Source of the DNA: Phoronis australis
Lineage: Eukaryota; Animalia; Phoronida
Assembly: GCA_002633005.1 (NCBI GenBank)
Contig: NMRA01000016.1
Span: 95,186 to 159,185, forward strand
Length of the DNA: 64,000 nt
Direction of reading: 5' to 3'
In this document: positions 25,601-37,600 of the stretch, piece by piece
How positions within the stretch are numbered: position 1 is the first letter of the stretch
Layout of the letters: each line of letters begins with the position of its first letter
The notes under the pieces: model-generated
Databases searched by the model: none
The model's input: the letters and a program-made list of their open reading frames with translations, nothing else
Told to the model about the DNA's origin: nothing
Translations under genes and position numbers: made by a program

Positions 25601-28600
25601 GTTATTTTTATCACTCTTATTGAACCTGTAGCACCTTTATTGAGGTTTCAAAAACCCACTCTTCTTGCATTAAAGGTGTCATTTTGTATTTTCAATTTTC
25701 CAGAGTCCAAAGATTCTTAGAGTCCATTTCAACGATTTTTTCCTGAAAAATCTTTGGTATTGCTTAGCCACATTGGAAGTTCGCTTTAATCTCATTGGCC
25801 AAGTCGGCATCAAGTAAGTTGCAAAAGACTGTTTCTGATCGCGATGTAACTCTGGTCTTATTTGGTAAATTCATTTTAAGCAATTGTACCGCTTTGACAT
25901 GGGAGGGTTGTGTTTTCATTAATAGAAGCACGGCAAAAATTTAATCAGTATCTACGGGGTGGTTGTAAATGGTTAAGTCACGAAGTTGTCGGTAAAGTGA
26001 CCAGTGTACTTGTTGCAAAGTAGACTGTAAAGGCTTACGAGTGATTGGAGAGACCTGTGTCTTTAATAGCTGGATTTCGAAATAGCTGCGCCATATTGAA
26101 TGTCACTAAACCACAAGAAGGCGATTATGTCTTTGGGGGACAGGCGTTCCGCGGCACCTACAGATCCCGTGTTATGCGGACGGTGGGTTTCAACCTACAT
26201 AAACAGTGTTTTAATAGCTTCACTGCTATCATTACATGGCCACTGCTATTCGGTGGGATGCATCAATGTCTTATGAAGAAGGCAAACCTTTTTACAATGG
26301 ATGAACAAGGGCATGGTGTTGCGTTCATTTCTCACTCCGAATAAGTATCCACTGAGAGAGTCGGCCGGCTCCGTTGATAAAGCGTGGGAATTTCAATCCC
26401 AGCCGGTGTCAAAAGGCTGAAATAAATTAGTTAACTTAAACTAACCAAACGGTGGGAGGGGCCGAAAGTGGAAGTTATCCCTCTGCGTCTAAATTAATGA
26501 ACCACAATGTAGTAGGCGAACTTCTGTCAACCAAATTTGAGTAGAGATCAACCGGAAGTCTCTTCCATTACTCTCGAAAGCACCGCTGTACTCAGCCGGA
26601 ATAGAAAAAAGACGAGCGCACTGAAGCGGCTACTGAATGAAGCTCCTAAATTCCGACTGGTCGATCGAGACTATTAAGTGGGTATTCAGATTAAAATGGA
26701 CAATTGAAACAGGAGAGGTATCGGGTTTTCTGATTTACGTATACAATAGCTCGCCAGATACTAAAAGTTTATGTGATGTTTTTTTACCGTTGTCATTTAT
26801 CAGAATTCTCAGCAGACAGGTATTTCGTAGCAAAAGGTACATGTATTCACTGTCAAAATAAGTAATATCCACGTTATTAATTGGATAAAAAACCCTCCTT
26901 TGATCAACTTTCGTAAAGTACACGACTGTTTTACGGTTTTACGTTATCACCTAGCAAGTTTTGTCAACTGACGACAGTGTGTGCGGGTATTGTCTCAATG
27001 ACATGATGAACTGAATAAACAATTCAAAATATTCATATAATCACAGGATCAAAGCACGTTACGTCGTAGGCGACGGCACATCCTAACCAAGCCCTAACGC
27101 AGGAAGTTTTATTGCAAATTGCGACTAACCCTTGCTAAACTGTGAAAGTTAAGTTGCCGTATTGTTTATTAGAGTTTAATCGGATACCTTTGGGGGCATT
27201 TGGGGTGTTTTAACTCTTCCAACTCTAATAAATAGTCCTGCAATAAATATCGTTTACCACTATCAGACACGTCAAGAGGGGAACGTACAGACTGCGACCT
27301 GTCTAGGTAACTCTAGGTCATCTTAGGCCATCAAAGATGAAACTAAAGTACTCAACCCCCCCCCCCCCTTTTCGAATAATAGACCAAAGTACGCAAGAGT
27401 AGGAGTGGCATCTAATGGACGACGATTCAAATTTAATCACACGAGTCTCAAGTACATGTATACGGTAGACCCCTATTTTCAATATGTGCAAATCCGGTTC
27501 AAATTGGCTGCAATGTCTATTATTCACAAGTTCAACTACGGCTCATCACCGTGGAGCTACATAAAAGTAATCTTTAATGGGCTCATTTTGTAGTTGAGGC
27601 GGTAGTCCAACATAACATTGTGAACGAAAGCATTCGTGAAGAGGGCACAAACACTAAAACAAGGCAACATTTTAAAAAATCCCGTGTAGGCTTGGCGCAG
27701 TTATTACCTATAGCCAGATTACTATTACCAAGGGTACTTTATCACTAGGGTTTCCGTCTTCCAGATAATTGCTATGTCTGGTTCCCTAACAACAGTCATT
27801 GAATCCTAGATACAAATATCCTTATGACATAGTTAGAAAAGTTGTGGTGTGAAAGTCCATACTTAACCATAATTTCAATTGTTAAATGTTGAAAACCAGA
27901 TATACTGTACAGTTGACGGTTTCAACGTTTGCTACTGCCTAAATGCTTGAGAGCGCGTTCCATCACCCAGGTACATGTACTTAATATTAGACCGACTTCG
28001 AACTAGAACAATTCCTGGACTTGTCCTGGTGACGTAATAACCATTTTCCGTGGATAACAATGGATATGCCGACAAATTTGTGGTTGGTGCGATCATTTTC
28101 TACTTTGAACTTGATGCATACACATTGGAAAGCAATGATGCCCTAATTATTAAATTCGAATATCCATCGATCATTTGCCAAGACGGGCTTTCACTCTTTA
28201 ATTAAATCTTAGCATGTTAAATCCTTTTTCCACATTCAGCATGCCCTTGGTACAATGCCTCCAGTCGCCTGTTAACAAGACAAAGGTGCGAGGATATACA
28301 CGGCTAGATGTCAAAACGTGACTGCTTTAATTCTAAACTGTCTTGGTAGCCTGTGATTGTAGCTGTTTATACATCTACATGTACCTGCTTGTGGTCACCT
28401 AGAGCGTTGTTATTTGGTCCACTTGCCTTTTGTACATTATGGTTGTGAATAAACGTTTTCTCTCCTCTCATCTCCCCCTGCGCGAGAAGTCTTCAGTTAT
28501 GTAACGGAAATCTTTATTTTTATCACACGCCTTAAAATACCATTACGTTAACTGGGGCCATTCTGATATTTTAGGAGATCCTGAGGTTACTGTCGAAGCA

Positions 28601-31600
28601 TTCGACTTTTGTTTGCGATTTCCCATACTGATCCAAGGACTTCTGGAAAATTCTGTCGGCCGATTGAATTCTCTGGCTTACTGGTGTGTGTTTGAAATAC
28701 AGTATACATGTTCATGTAATAAAGTATTCCTTTACGCCTGCGTATTATTTACTCAAGTAGCTCTGTAGTAGGTCATAATACGGTGTGGAGAACTGTGGTG
28801 TGGTGATAGCGAACAACCATTCCCAAATCTTACTCGTTGACTTTCAGGCTTTGCAGAACCCGACCATCGGAGGATTTCTCCACCCTTGACGACAGTGCCA
28901 TGAAAAAGTTGTTGCTGGTGTTCAGCGAGTCAAGCTCGTTTCGCCATACTGCCAAATATAATATTTCGATATTTGCGTCCGATCCTACAGGTAATATGAT
29001 ATTGAGTTATGGCATAGCGTGTCAATGAACCGATGAGTGAGACTTTGCGAAAGCATTACGTCAGAGAAACTTGTGCTTTCGAATTTCAAATAGTGCCATT
29101 TGTGTAACAGCTAATGCCAGCTAGTTTTGATCATAATTTAGTCCCGCTTGAGTAAAACCCGAAGTAGCAATAGATTAACTTGAAGTTCTAGTGAAGGAAA
29201 GAATTGCTAGGACAAGGTTGAAAAACGTAATGTGAGATACACTTGAAACTGGGTAATTTTTCCTACTTTTGTTAGTCTGATGAATACATGGGGAACCTGC
29301 ACATTGGTAGCACGTTTGTGACGCATTGTCACCACAGTAAGGTTAAGAAGGTTTTCGCGGTGAGTTTAAAAATTGAATGCAACTAATTAACCATTGCAAG
29401 GTGACTTAGGAGTTTGCTGACTCCATCTATGTCATCATAATCGCAATATGACCTTGACTTTCAGATCCTTGTTTAAAGAACCCTTGTCCTGTAAGCGCTG
29501 CCTGCATCTTCCAGGCGCCCAGTTCATTTCGATGCCTTTGCCCGCCGGGAAAAGCTGGAAAAGACTGCGATCTTAAAGGTTCAACACGTTCCTGTTTTAA
29601 GGAGAATCCTTCAATGAGTTCAATTTTGCTTACTTGTTCCTCCTTCAGCGAATTATGTAGTATGGCGGCACCGAGCAGTTTCTTTGAGACTGTCGCTGTA
29701 CTGAATGGAGTTTATACGCGTCTACCGTGTTACGTGAGAGTCGAGGTGTCAAAATATTTCCCTTGTAATGTTTGAAAACGAAATCGCAGCCAAGTGACGA
29801 TTTTTGCAGTTTATGCTTATGCTGTATGTGTTTAAGTGCTGTTAACTTGGTGAATTTTGGGGATGAGTACGGCGTGAGCACAGAATTCTCTGATTGCGTC
29901 ACTACTGTCATGCTTTCAGATCCGTGCCTGCCTAATCCTTGCCATGAGAAAGCAACCTGCAGCGGTGTGGGTGATTCCTTCAAGTGTAAATGCCCGCCTG
30001 GCTTATTTGGAACGGCTTGTGACATCGGCGGTAAGATCACCGGTCAACACGAAATTTATGAGAGCCCAAGCATTGCCACACGACCTGAATCATTCTTATA
30101 TTCCCATTCTTGTCACAATAGTGCTTGGCATCGTAAACTAAGTTGGCTATCTGTAAGAATCCCAACCCTCAAGTGCAATGTGTGTTGGACTTGTTCGACT
30201 GGTGAAAAGCATTGCTAGACATTACTAGTGGCTCTGGGATGTCGCAAAGGAGCCTGAATATACCAAGACTTCTCAGTTAGCTGAGACAAGCTGGCACTGG
30301 AGCTGACTATCATCTACGACGCGACCACATGCGTGCATTAATACGCCGTAAATTCTAACAAAGTCGAAAAATGTAACAACTGTTACGTTTTACGTAATTG
30401 TTACATTTTACGTGGATAGGCCTCTTGTAAAATGTAACAAGTTCTCACATTTTATAAAATTCTTACATTTATGGCGTATCAGTGCACTGTAGAGCGAACT
30501 TTATGCGCAACCCTAAGGAAGCGGTGATACATCGATTCTACCATCGTATTGTGAATACTGCCATCAAATCTATTTTTCGACTAATTAGACGTATTTTACG
30601 GTGGCCAAACCAGACTGCTTTATATGCATTGCGCTCAAGTCAAATCCGCGTTGTTTTTATAGCAACCTGTGCTTTACCAAGCTAAATATTTCACTCACCA
30701 ATACGTCGACCGTGAAAGAATTGAAATCATGGCCTTTTTGGTAAATTCTAGACACCACCGTAAGTTGCACTCCATTTTAGGTCTTAAGACAAAGTTATGT
30801 TTACAATCAGTTCATGGGAGATGTTCAAGGGTCTTGGCGAATTTTTCTTACTTTTGAAAATAAAACTGACAAGGCTACTATACACCTGACTTACAGTATT
30901 TTTAGATAGACCACTTGCCGTTATGAAATTGGTTACAGTATGTCAAGTGAAAGGTAATTGCAGGGCTAACACAGGAGCGATGAAGAACTGCCAATTGTTT
31001 CTAATCCCAAGGACCTGTGTTCACTTAAGACTTGATTTAGAAATTTGGGGTTATGCTCAGTACAACTACTCCTGAAATATATCTAAATCTTACTTAAACG
31101 AAAGAGCAAGGCCTCTGAGAATATACACATGACTGCTGATTACTGAGATACACCCGCCGTACAGTATTTTAGCTAGACCACTTACAGCTATGCAACTGGT
31201 TACAGTATGTCGATTGAAAGGTAATTGCAGGAGCCAATTCTTTCTAATCTTAAGGGTCGTTTGACTTGATTCAGAGATTTGATATGGCGCTCCACACAAC
31301 CATTACTTGAGCAAAAGAGCAGAGTCTCTTAGAATATACATTTATGTAAAAATTTGCTAGTTACTGGCACAATTTCCATGGATTATTTCTGGGCTGTGAT
31401 ACGCCCATACACTGTAGTTACTTGGCTAAACCTTTATTCACCAAGTCTGAGGTGGGAGCGTGTTACACATATACTACATGTAAATGTCTGTCTTAGTCTT
31501 TTAAGACTAAGACAGACATTTACATGTAGTATATATTTCTACACTTAAAAGTCCCATATGATGAAACGGACTCTAAAAGTCACGTTTCTGTTGCGTAAAG

Positions 31601-34600
31601 AACCAACTGGTACCTGAGGTTTTGATTAAAGTTTGTAGCAACTTTAAATGGTTTATGGGCTCTGCGTTGAAGGCGCTTCATGTATTTGTATGCTCTAAAG
31701 AACATGAACGAAACTGTAGAACCATCATGGTCATATTATGTTTATATCTTTTAGAAGACGAAGCTAGACTTGAAAGTGATTTTGAGGAGTCTTTTGGTTT
31801 CTTAAAGAATGTGAATGGCGACGACTTTGACTGGGTCAGGCAACAGGTAACGCGTCAATTGCTTATCAGTTGATAGGTTGTTCTTACACAGGCTTCAGAA
31901 TTTTTGTGGTGACTCAAATGCGTACAGTGTAGTGGTGCCGGGGGCAACGTCTTGAAATCGGGAAAAATGCACGCCCGAGGCATTGATCCGTATTTGCTTT
32001 ATTGGACTCGGTTGCCGAGAAAGCTCATTTAGAGTTTGTGACGTAATAATCTGACTTAAAAGAGCTCCAGGCGCTATCAGCATGTCTTACAAACATGAAA
32101 ACCGCTAAATTTAATTGAAAGTGTATTTTAAAGCATCAGTTTGTTTCGTCCAATTTCATTACCTGATTGATTGGCTTTTTACTTCCTGTTCGAAAGTCGT
32201 GTGCTAGCTGTTCAAATGGACCAGATTCATACCATGGTTACTTCAGCTTTTAAATGTCTATCGGTCAGATCATGACAAAAACGGCATCCATCTTTAAAAA
32301 CATTTGAGACCCGCTGGACAGTATCGCAGATTCAGTCTAAGCAAACAGAGAAAATGATGTAGGGGTGACCAAAGTTTCTCAAAGTTTGACACCTGGTCAC
32401 CACTGTTTTTAGTCCTAGTCATACGCTATCACTATCAGTTCATTACCCTCCTTCAACTGAATCACCTTCACTTTCCAACACCTCACCCGGTGGATACAAA
32501 TTACAAGTCTCCATCAACTTGGCATCTCGCGTGATGGTTGGACTGGCAAGTTTTGAGTAGTGATATGCATTTTAAAGTTATTTTTGAGGGTAACGATTGA
32601 AGTGTTTTCTTTTATTTTGGATGGCAAGGAATTCCAGTTGTCAATGCAAGTTAAAATCGTAAATCTCCTGAAGTCTTTGCTGACGGAAGAATGAATAGTG
32701 TATATATTACTTTGTCGCAGTCCTGGTCTCGTGTTAAGTCTTTTGTAGGAGTCAAAGAGGATTTTGTTTGAATAATTGTTTATGTTGGTTAAGACTATGA
32801 ATGTATACGTGGGCAGGTGCAGTTTACGACGGGTTACTAGTTTACTCCAGCTGAGACTACTGTATTTAGAGCCTTGATTGTGTTGGATCCTTTGTATGCG
32901 CCTTTTATGGCTAAAGCTGCTTGGTTTTGTAGTCTTTCTAATTGATGAAGTATGCCAACGTTAGCCGATTGGTAGATTATGTCGGAGTAATCTAGGTGTG
33001 GAAGTATAAAAGATTTGAACAGAGTTTCAAGATGCATGGAGTTGAGATGACGAGAGACAATTCTAATTGGATTGATTAATTTTTGTACTATATGAACGAG
33101 TTCGCCACAGTGAGGAGTAAATGTAAGCTTATGGTCTAGTAGCAATCCAAGGTGTTTGTGTGTGAACTTATTGGGAATAACTTCCACATTAAAAGATAAT
33201 TCCAGCATTGGATTTGTTTGAAAATTACTCTTATTAGACTTAGAAATTATAAGATCAACACTTTTTTCAGGTTTAAATTTCATATTCCATTTGTAAGACC
33301 AGTCATAGAGTTTGTTTAGGTCAGTTTGCAATTGTAAGGAGTCATGGGGATTCTCTTTTGAGAATGGGTAGAAAAATCGCAGTGTCATCTGCATATAAGA
33401 ATGTTTTAGAATTTATTGTGTCTGGAAGATCATTGATGTACAGTAAAAGGAGTAATGGGCCTAGCACGCTATCCTGTGGTACTCCAGCGTTTACGAAACC
33501 TGTCGTTGATGAGGGTGAAAAGACACCCTCAATTCGGACTTTGTAAGTTCGATATTCCAGATATGATGTTAAATCTAATAGGAGAGTGCCTGAGAAACCG
33601 TAGGATTGTAAACCATGTATAAGCAGGTCATGGGGAACGACATCAAAAGCTGACGCAATGTCTAAAAATACGGATCTCACTTTGTACCCTTGCTCAAACT
33701 GGAGGTGGATTTCATGTACAATTTTTGTAAGTTGGAAAAGTGCTGTTACCAGGCATGAATCCGAATTGGCAACGATATATAAGGTTTTGTGATGAGAGGT
33801 GGTCAAACGTGTTGTGAAATGATTTTTTCTAACATTTTGAATAAGTTGTTAAGTAGAGTTATGGGGCAAATTATTGAGGTCTTGGCACCGCAGAAACCTC
33901 CCAGGAGGCTACAAATTTATGGGGTGCAGTGTCCAAGGCATCTCCGCAACCCATATTGTGATTTTTTAAGCAGTCGATGTTTTTATACGTTTATCGTCGG
34001 GAAATAATTCATTGTGAAGGCGTCTGGCGCATTAGTTTTAACACAAGTGTGTTGGAAGTTTTCGAACATAGGTAGAATTCAAAAAAATTAAAAATAAAGC
34101 ATAAAAACTTATTTGTGTTTGCAAACTATTTAACTGATTTCTCATTCTGTTCCTTATGAATTCGTTCACGACTGTCAAAAATATTTGTGAAGTGACATCT
34201 CATTTTCATGTTTACTTGCGTCCTCTAGGGATCTTCTGGAGTCGCGGACACAGGCCCATTTGGTGGATACCGGTCAAAGACGTATGCTTTTGTTCCTGTC
34301 AAGTCCGTGCAAAATATGGAGGAAGGGTCTCATGCTAGCTTGGTGTCAAATTACTTGAGTAGGTATTCTTCTGCAAATAGTTTTGACCTGTGGAAAAGGC
34401 CCAGCTGATTGTTGAAAGCAAGACTGCGCTTTCGGACGCCTCGAATTCGGAATTATAAACAAATGCAAAATATTCCTCATACAGGAATCCCATGTAAGTC
34501 ACAGTGTCAGCTCGCCTTATTTTGACAGACGCTAAAATCAAATAAAGTATGCTTGCCCCTAAAATACATGTATGTACCATTTCTAACAAAAGCAGTCACA

Positions 34601-37600
34601 CAAGCAGTAATCAACTTTCTTTGCAGGAAGGAGCATTTAAACCAGAACAAAATAATCGCGTTTACATGAATTGCACATGCTTACGGTTCTGCAGTCGCGA
34701 CTGAAACTTAACCGTAGCGTGGAACCTTATCGATAAGTCTACGCATTTAGTCGAATATCTAACACAATGTAAAACTATTTTTCTGAAGGTAGAACGTATG
34801 CAGATCTTGATTTATTTAACTTCATACCAGTGTGCCATCACTTGGGTCACATGACCATGTCTTTCTAGTAAAGAGGCATTCGTTGCACAACTATATCAAT
34901 AACATGACTGAATGCCACTTGATATGAGGTTGAGATGAATTCTCAAGAACTCTGCTCGAGTTTTCTAAAACATCATTTCGTTTCCGTTTCATGAATACCT
35001 TTCTATGTGATTACGCTCGCGAAAAACAATTCCGATGCCTTTAAATGCTGTTTGAAAAGACGATGATTTGTAATGAAATGCGTTCATGTGGACATTCTGC
35101 AGCTGTGAACCAAGGCAGGTGTCTCCAGTTCAACTACCACATGTACGGTGCCACAATGGGGAAGTTCGCAGTAATTTTGGAAAGCGAGGATGAATCCAAG
35201 CGTCCAGTTGAGCATTTTGCGAAGAAAGGGAACCAAGGGACTTCTTGGAATTACCATAGCTGCAACCTACCGGCGAGTTCAAAGCGACTAAGAGTAAGTA
35301 CATGCCTGCGTTCCGTAGACGCAAGAACCTCACGAAAACGCAACGTCGGTCAAGAGTTCGCGGAATACCGCCATGTACTGTTACACCAATGCACTTCATT
35401 ACACCAGTTTCATTCGAGAGATTCCCGAGTCAATGGAACTCAACCCTTTGGTCTGTTTCACAAAACGTGGCTTACAATTAAATCGGAATGTTTGTTGCGC
35501 ACCATATCACAATTACTGCATTAAATGCTTAGTCATTTGATTATTGCCATCACTGCCTGGAAATAATCTGTACAAAATTTTCTCAGTAACAGTTATGGGT
35601 ATACTTTCAGATAATTTATACTTTCGGAAAAAGAAATTTATATTATATTTTTGATATAGATACTGTAGATGGAGCGTTCATGTAAGACCAAATTTCTGGC
35701 ATAAGACATTTCAGAATTAAGAACCCCATTCATGAAACAGAACCTTGGTCATCGCAAATACTTGAAAATTATCTTCATGTATTCTAATAGGGGATTTTAA
35801 CCAATTTTCATGTGTGTTTACGTGTTAACTGACAGCACGAAGTGTGTGCAGGCTTGACGTTTTGCGTTTACCGTGTTGGAGGGAACTCAGGCATCATTTA
35901 CATGCATGTTGCCAAGTTTAGGAGTAATGGTAGGGTATGACGTGCCCGAATTTCGAGAACCAGCTTTCTCCACTGTATAACGGTCATAAAACTGGTTATC
36001 AAAATACGGGCACGTTATATCCGACTATTGCCAAAAGGAGTTGCTTGCTATTACATTGTCGACGTCCGAGTTATCGATGATAGGAACAACGAGCTTGTGT
36101 CCTGTGCGTAACCTGACCAGACGTTTCGAGTAGATTGGTACTCGTTTTCGGTCGTGGGCGATTACGCTGGAGCTTTCAAATTATTATTAATTTTGGTTTT
36201 GTCTAAAGTAGAAGAAACTGCTCTTGTCCTGATAAAGGTACTCCTCATCTTCATATATCAAGTGAAATGTGGCTTTTGGTTCGGTTTCCGTAGTTCTGAC
36301 GGGGAGGTGCTACTCCCGTTTACTGAAAGATAAGTAGGCCTACATTTTATAATATCTTCTTGCTTGCAACCCACATAATAACACGTCGTTGCCCGAGGAA
36401 GATTGTGTCATTCTTCTTTTGAATTTTTCGTGTGTCATACCTCGTTCTTGAATTCTGGCGACATGGTGGTTTGAAAAAGCGGCTTATCTACATGTATCCC
36501 ACCTTGCGTTAGTGCGAGGAAGAGAACATGGTATTCGTGCTTGCATGCCAAACAATGTGGTTGGCGTGATAAATCAAGAAGACAGCTTCCGAGTTTGTTC
36601 TTACAGTATTTTGTGTTGTGGTGAGTGTGGTAAATCTGCAATCGACAGTCAATTTCCGGTGACTTCAACCTCTAGCCAAGGCCACTCCGAGAAAACAAAA
36701 TTTTACTTGGGGAAATGCTGAGTAACGAATTGGCTAAAGCTGTCATTTTCTACAACTATTTATTTCACTGTGGAACTTTTTTCAATCCATGTTTTTCTAT
36801 ACACAAGACTGAATAATTAGATATCGTATGTTTCCATGTGACATTGGTGTTTTATCACACGAATATTTAGTGGATAAATGTCCACGTAGCCATTCCTCTT
36901 TACTTAGTAAAAAGTTTCTGATACCAACAGAACGTTGCATTCAATGAATTTTCTCTTGGCTTTTACAGATCGTTTTCAAATACACTAAGTACGGTAGGCG
37001 CACAGCCATGGCCATTGACAATGTGGTGACCTTTCCGGGAAAGTGCGCTGAATTCCAGCAAGACGCATACGGTGGGTATTGTAGAAACTGATGCTTGGAT
37101 TCGACTTGTTACGCTTTTGTTATTTGAGTTAGAACAGTTAGACTAACGCTGAAGTTCAATTAAAACAAAAAAATAATAATTTGGTTTGCTACATATTGTC
37201 ATCTGAGATTTGTAAGACTGTGGCGTTTATCTTTGATCCCTATTTCTTGTTACAGATGGACATCCGGTAAGTTAACTAGTACGGGAAGGGCCACCATTTT
37301 TTGGTGTTACATGTAGTACAAACATTGGTACTAGATATCTCAGAAATACATTTCTCGTGTTACTTACTGTTCTCCTGTCGTGCATTTACCACGAGGCAAT
37401 AGGAAGTGACGTAACAACCCGGCACGTATCTTGGTTTAGCGTTAAATATCAATGAGAAAACATAATTCCCTATAGAACAGTCTACGCAGGTCATTCATGT
37501 TTGTTCATTGGAAGTGAATGCGCAGCCAAAATGCAAAAACTGTGTCGCGCCGTTTACGTAACGCTTCATTAGCAGTATTTACTCGTCAAGGAATAAGTAA

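Noticed and set aside
36435-36668. QIYHTHHNTKYCKNKLGSC resembling a Helitron Rep H-x-H..C motif
   Set aside because: Single short weak match with no other Rep or helicase motifs nearby
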